A stretch of 64,000 nt of DNA from Raillietiella orientalis (lineage: Eukaryota). The DNA is taken from positions 1,984,001 to 2,048,000 of the forward strand of contig JAYWIR010000034.1 of NCBI GenBank assembly GCA_036172245.1, in the 5' to 3' direction. The stretch's first letter is position 1. Each line of letters begins with the position of its first letter. A program made the translations under genes and the position numbers. Positions 53,311 to 64,000 of this stretch are shown one piece after another. The notes beneath the pieces are model-generated. The model had not been told where the DNA came from, ran no database searches, and saw only the letters and a program-made list of their open reading frames with translations.

Positions 53311-54235
53311 TTAATTGAAAATGAAAGCTTTTTACGCAGATGATTTCATCACTATATATCAAATTTACATTTAAGTTAGTGAAGGCCAAGTTTTTATCCA
53401 AGTGATTCTCTGTATTTAATACGTATATGTTTCCATCTACAACTTCATCCTTTCCATTAATTCTCACTGAAAACTTTCCTTTGAATCCTATTTCTTTGTG
53501 CAAATTGTAGCTTTTAACTAAATTAGAAAACTCGTTAAATAGTTCAAATTTTAGGTTATAAAATGTCCCACACAAATTTAACAAAGTATTGGGGTTCCTT
53601 ATTGTAATGGATACATCATATAGAAACCCTTTACCTTCTTTTGTATGGACACGGATATCCAAAGCATTGAAATCTTCCCCCTTTCCTACATACACTTTAT
53701 CAATGCGAAATTCACCTTCCGTGCTTTTATTGGAGGCAATGTTAGTAATTTCAATCTTTGAACCCGCATTTGAGTCAAAAAAAAATTACCTTACTGCTTT
53801 CAAAAAAGTTTTCGAATTAAAAGTAGCTGTTGTGAAGTCACCAAAGTGTCTCCTTCATATTTGTATATGAAGTTCAACCAGGAAGAAATCTTTGTCCTGG
53901 TTGATATACACACACAGCATCAGCCGAGACTTGAGAGAAATTTGCACTGGTTTTTAGCAAGGAACTGAACTTAAAATGCACAAAAACGTTGGGAACTTTT
54001 ACATTAAAACCAGGATTTATTATTTTTAAATCTGTAGTGACTAGATACGGATCTGTGTCATCTTTTTGTCAACTAACCGAAGTACTCTCCATATTGACAT
54101 TTCAGTTGTCAAACTTTCTCGATATCTTATCCTTTAGGTAAAAATTGATATAGCTAATACTAACTTCTAAGGGACTCTTATCTTTGAAAAAGATAAAAAC
54201 GCAGAGCGTAAATAATGAAACTATAGAAAATGATA
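53300..54235 (-). pseudogene. Wolbachia-like hypothetical/membrane protein, 3'-truncated
   Basis: ORF 53207-53695 and upstream pieces follow rnhA on the same strand and collide with the truncated ribF. Confidence 0.45.
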
Positions 54236-54246
54236 TTGTGATTTTT

Positions 54247-54680
54247 TTAAGCATCGATTATTGCTTTTCTTGTTAAATTATCTGCCTCCTCATTATGTTT
54301 ATCCCCATTATGAGCTTTAACCCACCTCCAATTAATCTTGTGTTGTGAAGCAATGTCATTTAATTCTTTCCACAACTCCATATTTTTTACTGATTTTTTA
54401 CCACTTGTCTTCCAATCATTATTTTCCACTTTTTTATCCACTCTGTTATATCATATTTGACACAGAGACAATTCGTATATAAATGAACATTACAGGAAAA
54501 TTTTAACATCTTCAGTCCATTGATCACTACTGTTAACTCCATTTTATTGTTTGCAATGTTGTCTTCCTTACCATAAACATCCTTTTTATGATTTGGAAAT
54601 AGTATAATTGCCGCCCATCCTCCTATTCCAGGACTACCAAGGCACGTTCCATCCGTGGATATTGTCACTTCCTTTTTACT
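54247..54680 (-). pseudogene. rnhA: Ribonuclease HI
   Basis: TDGTCLGSPGIGGWAA, NNKMEL, ELWKELN and WRWVKAHNGDKHNEEADNL, split by a frameshift (ORFs 54387-54668 and 54247-54441). Confidence 0.92.
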
Positions 54681-54879
54681 CAGCTTTAACTATATAAATT
54701 AATAATTAACTATTATAAATTAATAGTTGCTTTTATGAAAGCACAATTTCAATGAGACACATGGATACGCAGGCCTTTAATCTGTACCTTTAAGTTTTAT
54801 TATAGAAACAAAGAAATGCTCAACAAGGAACACTATTAGAAGGAAAAATAAAAAATGGTTTTTATGTATCTGCCGTTCT

Positions 54880-55456
54880 TTCATTGCTAAAACAAATCAG
54901 TAGAACAAAAAATAATACTAGTAAACAGAAAAAATAAATAAGAAATTGAATAAGAAAACATTTTTTTCAGTGAGCTATGATTCTTAAGCCTTATAACAAA
55001 CATAGCATACCAAATAAAACGCGCCCACCAAGGATTGCCAGACTTAGGTAAAATAGAGCCTTTTTCAAAAATAGTGCTGAAAGGAAGCTAGTTAACACCA
55101 ACAACACACTATAAATTAATATGTGTTTTCTTGTGTTCTCTGGGTCGTAAACCACATTGAACATTGGAATCGACGTTTTTGCACAGTCTTCGGACTTATT
55201 TAAGTATAGAGACCAAAATTGCGTTGGAGTCCACATAAAAATTATTAGGAATAGAATAAAACTTTTCCCAACTTACAGAGTTAGTCACAACTGGAGCAAC
55301 AGATATAAGAGATAGTACGAGAAAAGGATGAATACTACCTGGTGCAGCAACCATTCCTGCAATCGCAGTGAATACTAAAAAGTACATTATCCTTGGCAGC
55401 GAACGCCAAAAATCTAGTCTTGTTGATTCAACATTTAACAAAGCACTTGTGCACAT
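54880..55456 (-). pseudogene. cyoE: Protoheme IX farnesyltransferase with a large internal deletion
   Basis: [15 protein letters not shown] and WTPTQFWSL...IPMFNVV. The central aspartate-rich region is missing. It lies immediately downstream of coxA. Confidence 0.82.
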
Positions 55457-55457
55457 T

Positions 55458-56971
55458 CTATTTTACCACTGGTGGTTTTTCGAAAGTATGCAAAGGTTGT
55501 GGTGAAGATATTGTTCCTTCCAAGGTATCACTTCCCCAAGGGTTATTTCCAGTTTTCTTGACCCATTTGAAGAGATGGATAACTATAAATACAAAAAGCA
55601 TAATTGAAATGAAGGACATGTTTGAACCAATTAAGGATACATAATTCCAAGGAATGAAAGCATTCGGATAGTCGGGTATGCGCCTTGGCATGTCAGTCAG
55701 TCCCAGGAAATCCTGAGGCAAAAAGTAATATTGGTGCTAATAAAAGTAAGCCAAAAGTGTATTTTTCCTAGGCAGTCATTGTATTGTTTACCCGACATTT
55801 TATCTACCCAATAATGAAAACCAACGAAGGCTCCAAATATTGCAACAAGTGACATGACTTAGTGAAAGTGAGCAACAACATAGTAGGTGTCGTGCAAAAG
55901 CTTATCTATTCCACCTTGAGACAGAATTATCCCGGTTATGCCACCGCCAACAAATATGAAAATAAAACCTAATGCAAATAGCATAGGAGTTTTAAGCTCA
56001 ATCGCTCCGCAACACGCAGTTGCAATCCAGCTAAAGACGTTGACACCAGTTATAACACCGACGAAGATTGTGCTGTTGCTAAAAAAATATGGCAGCATCT
56101 TCACTAAGTTCAACAGTAGACATATGATGAGCCCAAAACATGAAGCCAATTACTGCTATCTTTGTATAAACCATTCCCATGTAGGGAAAAAATATCGGCG
56201 TATGAGATAAAGTTGACACGACTTGGCTTGCGATGCCAAACGCAGGAAAAATGATCATGTAAACTTCTGGATGACCACAAAATCAAAATTTCTCAAAGCA
56301 TATCAGATGTTGCCAAAAGGTTTAAAATTGGTAAGATCTTGCAAAACACAGGGTCACCTCCCCACCCACCCCGGCAGGATCAAAGAAGGAAGTACCAATG
56401 TTGAGATCAGTGAGCAGCATAGTTATTTCTACCGGCGAGCACCGTGAAGCGACAATTAACATAAACGACGTTAATAAGAGAGACCAAACAAGTAGTGGCA
56501 TCTTAGTGACATGCACACATGTTGAATATAGTAACTATGAAGTTGATTGCTCCCACAGTCGATGACATAGCAGCAATATGGAGTGCAAGTATGGCGAGGT
56601 CAACTCCTGCACTTGGATGAGACATAATTTGCGACAAAGGTGAGTATAAAGTCGAGGACCTTCGCCAGCAGATACGGGGAATGCCACATCTGGTGCACCA
56701 ATCGTGAGAGGTACAAACCAATTGGCAAACCTTTCCATTAGGGGTGGCATTATCATAAAAAAAAACACCATTATTACTGCATGCCCTGTAACCATGACGT
56801 TAAATAATTGATAGTTATTGTTAAGTATATTAATGTGCATTAGTTGAGTGCGAATAACCACTGATAACAATCCACCAATAATTCCAGCTAATATGGAGAA
56901 GATATTGTTCCTGTGTCTTTATGATTAGTAGAAAATAGCCAACGTCTTATACCTTTTGGTACATTGCTCAT
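55458..56971 (-). pseudogene. coxA: Cytochrome c oxidase subunit I (bacterial, Wolbachia-like)
   Basis: [64 protein letters not shown] and MPRRIPDYP. Trp is encoded by TGG. There are many indels. Confidence 0.93.
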
Positions 56972-56984
56972 ATCTGTACTCCAA

Positions 56985-57780
56985 ATTTAAGCTCACTCAT
57001 TTCTTTTATTTTCGATCCACTTATTAAAATCTTTACTTACCGCCTCAACAAAAATTATCATACACCCATGACCTTGACCACGCAATTCGTAGTATTGACC
57101 ATAATTAATACGAGGCTTTTTAACTTTAAAACATTGCTTCATCGAGCCTATTTGGTACTGCATCAATTTTTACACAGAAGGCTGGTATTCCCCAGCTGTG
57201 TATCACATCTCCTGCCGTTACTTGTAAACGAACGTTAGTATTGATAGGCAAAACAAACAGAGAATAGCTTCGAATCTCCTTCGCCACAGTCATCTCTTCC
57301 TGTAATATAACTTGATGTTCTGGATATTTGATATTCACCTATTGATGTTCACCTTGATATTCTGGATATTGATAGCTCCAATACCATTGATGACCAATAG
57401 CTTTCAGTGTTACGTCAGCCTTTGGCACGTTTCCCTGTGGCTCACTTTGTTCAGCGTTTTGAAAGGCCAATGTTGTACCAATGAGGATCGTTGATGCAAC
57501 AAACCAGAAGATTTCTGAAAGGACGTTGTGACTTGTTCAACTGGTATTCTTCGTTTTGCTCTCACGAAAGCGACCTACTACTACATAAGCAAGCAGTGCC
57601 CATACGAGAAGTCTTATTGCAATAAGCCATTGCACTCATCACAGACGCAGGTGGCTCAACTACAACTTCGATTATCTCAGCTGCAGAAGGAGAACATCCA
57701 AATTGCCAAGAGGTAGGGGCAGAAGCAACTAATAATACACTTGAAGGAAACATTACCACTAACGCAAGTAACCTCACCAT
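56985..57780 (-). pseudogene. coxB: Cytochrome c oxidase subunit II (bacterial, Wolbachia-like)
   Basis: An N-terminal signal MVRLLALVVM..APTSWQFG, then GHQWYWSYQYP, TAGDVIHSWGIPAF..KIDAVP and a degraded CuA motif GQYYELRGQGHG. Confidence 0.9.
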
Positions 57781-58146
57781 ATTTGTTTGCTGTAAAACTA
57801 AGTGACATACCGTATGATAGTATATATATAAACTTACTATGCAAACAGAGAGTAGCAATGATTAATAACTTTTTAGTGTTTGATAGGTATAATAATACAA
57901 TACGAATCCAGAGGGAAAAGCATTTACATGAATCTATTTTAAATCGAAACACTATAATATTTTTCGTGGAGTATTTACTCTAATTCTATGGTGAGTTTAG
58001 TAGTGTCTGTTACTGCTAATAACCCTCTAGCCTCACACCTAAAAGCAGCAACAGGTACTGTTAAACTTTATGACGAACTTACTCATTTATGAATATAAAG
58101 ACCTGCCGCTTATTCATATAGTACACTATACTTTATTAGCTAAGTT

Positions 58147-61100
58147 TTAATGCCTGTAACCCTGTACGAACTCCTGCATAATTTTATTTTTTCTCTCTCT
58201 CCTAGTAAAGCACATTTCTTCCGAAATTTCCAGACAGTGATGGATGCATTTCTCCGCTGTTACATTCCCTGGACATATCCGGCAGGCAGGATCAGGAATC
58301 AGTTGTGTGTGCATCTCCAAACATCTTCCCCAACGGATGCGCTGTCTCATTCGCTGGCTTCCGTTTTCTAGCCCCTTTTCCACTACTTTCATTGAGGAAA
58401 ATCAAAGGAGGAAAACGTGAAAGCTTAAGGATATCGATGCTTGGCTTTCCCTATCTTTCCAAAGTGTGCCTATCTTCAAGTGAAAATTTGCAGCACAGTT
58501 TTGGCCATTTCGTTCCCATTCTATGAAGTTCCGTCTGAGAGCCATTTTTTCCCTTTTAATCATATGGTACTCAATGAAAACAGCTCAGTGAATAACGTGG
58601 TGATATTTTAGTCATTTAACACGCTCAACACTTTAAAAGCAAGAATCTGAAACTGATGCCTCAGATGCATCCGAAAAGGAAACCTTTATCAATTGACCTG
58701 TTTGACGAATGGGTCACATGTAAGAAAAGTGGTAGTCAGTGATAACGTCCAACCCTGTGAACATTCCAGATGGAACTGAGGAATGGTATCTCCATTTCAA
58801 AAACCTCATTATGATACATGTTTGAGCAGTTTTGGTCTCTGTTCGCTTTGAGTATACAAAATGCCTTCGTTTCATAGGAAAACTTTGCTTACGACGTTGA
58901 TTTTATTGAAGCGATGTGGTAAAAAGCCAACATTGAAATGCATGCACCCAAATCTCCAAAGAATGATGTGGCTTGCGCAAGGATTTTTGCTATCATCATC
59001 AAGACTAGAAGCTATCATCAGGTCTGCAGTGACCTTGTGTACTGTGCATAATTGTTCATCAGAAGCACACGATTTTGTATTCAGAAGGTGCTATCAGCAT
59101 GTGTTTAATATCTTCGCGTACCCTCACAGTTAGCCACTTGATTTGCATGCGTCACATTGGTAAACATAACAAGCCAACTAGATTCACATAACGAGGTTGT
59201 TTTACTTCTTGGACGAAAGAAGGGTTTCAGACTGCTTGCACGTGAGCACCTCATATAAGAAATTTCATCCATAGAACATGAACAAGTTACACAGAACATA
59301 AAAATCACTCTATCGAATGGATTTCCCTCCGGTCGAAAATGACACACCTTGTAGACTTTTGGCGGAACTTGGAGACATTCAGTTATTAAGAGAGCTGTAC
59401 TTATCGTCTATAAATTTATGCTTTGTATAATTTATGGACAGCAGTCCATAAATTTATTACGGTAACTATCAATAAAAAGCGATTGTAAATCTTCAGAGGA
59501 TGATAAAAGCATGTGATGCTTACCGTCAGAAATGCAATTCCTCCGTTGCTCCTCAAGTGTTCTAAAACCGAACCACATTGTCCCATGAAAAGTTTGATGA
59601 GGCTGTTTTGTGCGAAACAGCGTTTCACAAGGCCGAACGAAACTATACAGGGCGAGGGTTTTAGTTGGGATACAGATTGCTCCTCTTTTCCGTATACGTG
59701 GTACGGGCAGCGCCCGTCGTGGGATATCTTCTCTCTGTTCAACACGCCAATTCCTCAAAATTAATGTGTTAAACGTTGGTCACTTGGTGACAGGGAACCT
59801 TCGAGGGTCCCCCTAGAGATCGTTGTTAGTCCACGTTCATGCTTCCGACTTGCGCTGAAGCCAGGCTTTCATGAATAGCGTTTCTCCATCATCAGAGGGC
59901 TCACTTATGCCCTCCTTCGTCACGGAAATCTTTGCTCATGACCTGGCAGTGCATAAATGACAGATGTGAAAGCGCTCGCCCGTCTCACTGAATGCTACAT
60001 CAAGTCTAAGCACCTTCTGCCCATCCCACTTTATGATCGAGATTTTCATTCTTCGCACCTGAATCCTTTTCGGATGAGAGTGCTTGCTAGGGATTCAGAA
60101 TTCGAAACTGTTTATCTGCCCAACTCACTATGGGCTTTACGGTGCCCTAGTTTTGGTCATTTTTAATCTCCTGTCTCTCGTATTCCCGCCTTACTAACCG
60201 AAGTTTCGAAACCGAAGCAAAGCTTAAAAGTCAAATAATTTTCTTCCTGAGGTGTGTCCCTATGTATTTGGTAAGCTCTGCATTTACTCATGTTCTGAAG
60301 CTCTCGACTTGAAACACCTTACGTTTAACTGTGTTCAAGCAGAAGTTACCGTATAACCTCATTCCTTATTGCAAATGCGAGCTGAGAATGGTGCATACCG
60401 CACTGATGCGCTCGTAAAAATCCCAAATATCCCTAACTTAACATTCTGGATGGAGTATTCGTCCGAAAGCTCTGCATATGCAATGTTTGCCGAGAAAACA
60501 CTGGAAGATGTCATCTAATGTCAATGCACTTTCCGCTCCACGGCTTCCCAGAACAAGCAGGCCTTAAGTATCCTTTGTTTTTCCTTTTTCTTTCCATTGT
60601 GAGTTGACAGAAAGCAACAGCGGATCGTGGAGTCCGCTCCCAACATTCCCGGATAGCTTATTGAAATGCAGACGGTCACCCTGTAATCAGAACTGTGGTT
60701 TCCCTAAAAGATAAACTAAACAGGGAGAACCGTCCCCTCTTAATCCCCAATAAAAAAGCAAGCAGGTATTCGAGTACCTGTTTGCCTTTATTATGTCATC
60801 AACACAGAGTTCTTGCACAGACCGAACGACCAAATTGCAAAATAGGTACATCTGTTACTACTATTGCCCAACTTTCTCCACAAGGAACGGAATAGAGCTC
60901 CACCCTCCTACCGATCAGATAAATTGAGCCCCACATTTATGTGCATGCTTCTCCAGTCTTAGTAGGTCAAAACATAGGTTCTGCAAATCTCTATCAACAA
61001 TTCTATCACCCCAGTGCTCCTCAATAGCGAAATCTCGCTCATCAATGCGTATATTTACCTTGGATCTGGAACCCAATCGTCTAACGTATTCTCTTTTATA

Positions 61101-62000
61101 AACCTGAAGTCTTCGTGTAGGATGCTTCTGCGTAGGCCGGTAGTGGTCGAAAGAGTTTTATCCTTCGGAAGCTCCGCAGCATCCAGAAAAGTACTCTGCC
61201 TGGTTAGGAACGAAAACCCAGGGTGACGATTTCTAGCTTAATAAGATATGGTGTACCGGTTGAAAAACTATCAAGAGGAAAAATGTCTGGGACGGTGCCT
61301 AGAAGGAACGAAGTGTGCCATGTCTTTCCATTGTGGTCCCGGTTGCCAACTGGAAGAAGAGATCCCTTTCACTGGCGAGAAGTCCTACGTGTTGGCCAAG
61401 TCGCTCAAGAGGGTTTCTTTCAGGCTACTCCGAAGGATGTCCACCAGCACGTGAACGAGAACAGCTAGAGCCGCAGGGCTATCCTACCTTAGATCTAGAA
61501 TCACGTAGAAAAGCATATGCGACCTTCCTTCATTCAGGTTGCAGGAATCGGAAATCAGTCCAACGTCCGGAATCTTCGCCATCAAAGGAGAGGGCTCTGC
61601 CTGAGCTCTCGTTTCTCCCAGAGAAAGTTGTTGTCACGCCAACGCCGGCCACTTGGTTTGCCTCCACTGCTCTCAGATAACCACTGCCTCCTCCGGCATT
61701 CTTTCCAGCTTCCTGCAGGGGATCCAGACTTTTGCGTTTTCTCAAAACGTGCCTTCCATTACAGCAGGATCTCTGCTTTCAACCTGAGGCTGCTCCAAGA
61801 CAAGAGCAGGCCACAGACTCAGAGGAGCCATCTCCTGAAGCCATCATCTGTGGTTCCGTAACCCTACTGTGAAAGGCAAAGGGCCGGGAGCTCACGCAAG
61901 AAAAAAATCACCCGCTAGTAACGCCCATCCGGATCGCCCGACTTTGGCGCAGCTGCAGCAGCAAGAAGCCAGCAGCACTCTCTGGGAGCCTACGATGCTA
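58147..62000 (-). mobile_element. Probable very old APE-RT LINE abutting the right end of the nuwt
   Basis: A C-terminal zinc-finger-like DPACRICPGNVTAEKCIHHC (58147-58392), plus weak RT-like (NSLIKLF, EGNPFDRVIF) and APE-like (ILHEDF) remnants in the expected order. No intact YADD was found. Confidence 0.4.
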
Positions 62001-63099
62001 CCGATTGACATCCGGTTTCTGGAAGGGATAGAAGGAAAAAAATTTTTTTTCTTCTTTCAAAGTGATTCGAAGTGGTGCCGTGGGCACACCAGCACTCTGT
62101 TCCCCTTGCTGAAACAAGAGAAAAGAGAGAGAGCCAAAGACAAGCATTTCCTCTTTTATGTAGGGTCTGCTGCTACTTAGTACGCTCTCTCTTGCTTGTG
62201 ATTCTCTATGCTTTCGTCCCCTGCTCCTCAGGTGGTAACCTTTGCCTTCTCTGGGGGAATTGGCGAGGCACTCGAAGAATTCCAATCTCTCTGTCCGCCA
62301 TCTGTGGATGTTGGTGCTCTGAAAATAGAACTCCAAGTAAAAATCCCCGCAAAAGGGAATCCCCACCTGATACGTTCGAAGCAGACCACTAGACCTTCAA
62401 AGCCTCGGTGGCACGGGGCCTTCGTTGCACCGAAGTTTCCTGGCCTGAACAAATTTCCTCCTTCTACCTTGGAACGAATGCACCCTCAAATTTCGGCTTG
62501 TTGGCATCCAGGCTCTTTCTCTGACACTACCAAGTGATCTGGATCGTCAAAAATGGCAAATGTATAGCTGGACTGTCCACGGGCAGTTTTGCGTTCAGAT
62601 TTTTGCGAACTTCACAGAAACAGAAAGCTCGGCTATGGATACAGTGGACACGTGTGATAAGAGCACTCCATCAGCCGCAAACCATAACGGTGTTTTCCCT
62701 GCCTAATGGTCGATCGTACCCTGTCGAACGGTTTCAATCACGTGCGAACTTTGCATAACGGGAAGGCATCGACTACAATCCTTATTCAGGGGGAGGTAAA
62801 AAAATTTTAAAAAAAAAAAACTTCTAGATGCAGCCACTTGCATCTACAACCTGCTCGACATCCGAAAAGAAATGATGGTGATGGTAGGAAAGGAGATTTT
62901 GGAACCATTCATCTTCTGGCTTTTCTGGAGTGTGGATCCACCGCTACTGGGCTCTTCTCGGAGATCGCAGTGATTTTGAACCCCGTTTTCTAGGACCTTG
63001 TGCTGTTCCGCCTCCGCCTCTCCCTTCCGACGGAGCCGTGCAGCGCGCAGTTGCTTCCCTGCTGGTCTTATCCTCGCCGAGGAATACAATCCTCTGATA

Positions 63100-63580
63100 G
63101 AAATTTCTTCTTCGGAGGGAACCTGCAAGGGAATCGCTCCCAGTTTCCTCATCCTCTGAAGAGAACCCCCCGAAAGGACACTTCCGAAATTCAGAAGAGC
63201 GCTGCTTCTCCGAAGGGCGCGTCGCTCTTCTTTGCACTCTCTGGAGAGGTGGCTACACACCTACTCCATCAGCACGACCCAGGGGGTTCCCTACACTTGG
63301 GGGTTCCTTTGCACAACCGTAAGGGAAATTCCCCACTCCTTGATTCCTGGGAGGATTCGGAGGTCGCCGCCTAATGTCCGGGCCATCATCGGGGACATCC
63401 GGTTTGAACTGCTACCAGTGCCGTACCCGAATGAATGTAGACCAACCAGCGTCATCTTGCAGGAGGAATTCGGACCCACGACACACCCATTTTCCCCGGC
63501 GTCGATTCTTTCCGGGTGGGATTCGAACCCGCGACGCTTCGTGCCACGCGCGGAGACCGTAACCACATGGCCTCTGACTC
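63100..63580 (-). repeat. tRNA-derived SINE-like repeat, copy 3
   Basis: A-box-like AGGCCATGTGG (63573-63563) and B box GGTTCGAATCC (63529-63519). The body is homologous to copies 1 and 2, and the distal block GAAGAGAACCC..GGACACTTCC is also present at ~13228-13256. Confidence 0.7.
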
Positions 63581-63712
63581 GGTTCGAGTTCTTGGACCGT
63601 TCCGCCTCTTCCGGAGGAAGCCTTCGAACATTGCGGAGCGTCCCCGGCTGGGGGCACGGGAAGGATTTTCTCCCTTCCGACGGCTCCGGCATGCAGCGCG
63701 CAGTTGCTTCCC

Positions 63713-64000
63713 TTTTTCCCAAGTCCCACACGGGGTGGGGTAAATTTATTTTCTTTTAAATCTCATTCATTCTACAATCACATTCATACAACATACCAAC
63801 ACTTTATCACTTTGAAGTCCTTGGGGGTATCACAAGTTCTGCTTTCAGGGTGGGTTTCTTGATGTTTGGTCCCGGGTGTCGTCTTCAATCCTCTTCAGGA
63901 TGAATCGGTACGTCCAGGCATGGAGTTGTCCACAGTTCCTGATACCGATTTCCTTCCTGATGAGTCCTTGCAGGATCTCCATCGGGGATGCGGCTCTTCT
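63713..64000 (-). mobile_element. 3' end of another copy of the L1/Tx1-like LINE family, running off the window
   Basis: The minus strand encodes SPMEILQGLIRKEIGIRNCGQLHAWTYRFILKRI, followed by a 3' UTR and the terminal motif at 63750-63713. Confidence 0.82.

Larger units (their letters stand above)
47390..58145. other. Wolbachia-derived nuclear insertion (nuwt), ~10.7 kb, with every recognised gene pseudogenised
   Basis: A contiguous, intronless, densely packed run of Rickettsiales-type genes with Wolbachia-style intergenic repeats, flanked by eukaryotic sequence. Junctions are approximate. Confidence 0.9.

Noticed and set aside
55458..57780. cox1/cox2 as a mitochondrial insertion (NUMT)
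   Set aside because: The order coxB-coxA-cyoE-rnhA, the signal-peptide-bearing CoxB and TGG-encoded Trp are bacterial, not animal mitochondrial.
47390..58145. Functional horizontally acquired genes (e.g. ribF supplying FMN to the nearby PNPO)
   Set aside because: Every recognised gene has stops, frameshifts or deletions, and ribF lacks its kinase domain. The proximity to PNPO and Marf looks coincidental.
63170..63270. Apparent gag-like zinc knuckle (CSHLSREC...FRKCP) on the minus strand
   Set aside because: It needs several frameshifts and substitutions, and it overlaps a block conserved at nucleotide/stem level with 13200-13260.
63957..63980. Hammerhead-like CTGATGAGTCC
   Set aside because: No GAAA follows the putative stem II, and it is simply the antisense of LINE codons for QGLIR.
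1..64000. CRISPR arrays, rRNA genes, prophage WO or cif genes
   Set aside because: I saw no regularly spaced repeats, rRNA signatures or phage/cif motifs.

Overview
This is a eukaryotic nuclear window, not a prokaryotic one; the mitofusin N-terminus is arthropod Marf-like. It holds four intact, spliced housekeeping genes: PRC1 (-), PNPO (+), METTL18 (-) and mitofusin/Marf (+). Many of their introns are only 39-55 nt. Between the genes lie decayed retroelements: several copies of an L1/Tx1-clade LINE family (three sharing a conserved 3' terminal motif), three copies of a tRNA-headed SINE-like repeat, a hAT transposase remnant and other LINE debris. The main signal is a ~10.7 kb Wolbachia-derived segment (about 47390-58145) starting ~1.25 kb after the mitofusin stop. 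It carries murB', ruvA, ruvB, mpg, grxC, ribF', rnhA, cyoE, coxA and coxB, all disrupted by stops, frameshifts or deletions, while the host genes are clean. That pattern indicates an old endosymbiont-to-nucleus transfer (nuwt). I found no convincing new functional system. The best candidates for undescribed biology are the nuwt and its repair scars, the tRNA-headed repeat and its association with the LINE, and the ultra-short introns. All calls come from reading motifs by eye; no searches were run.
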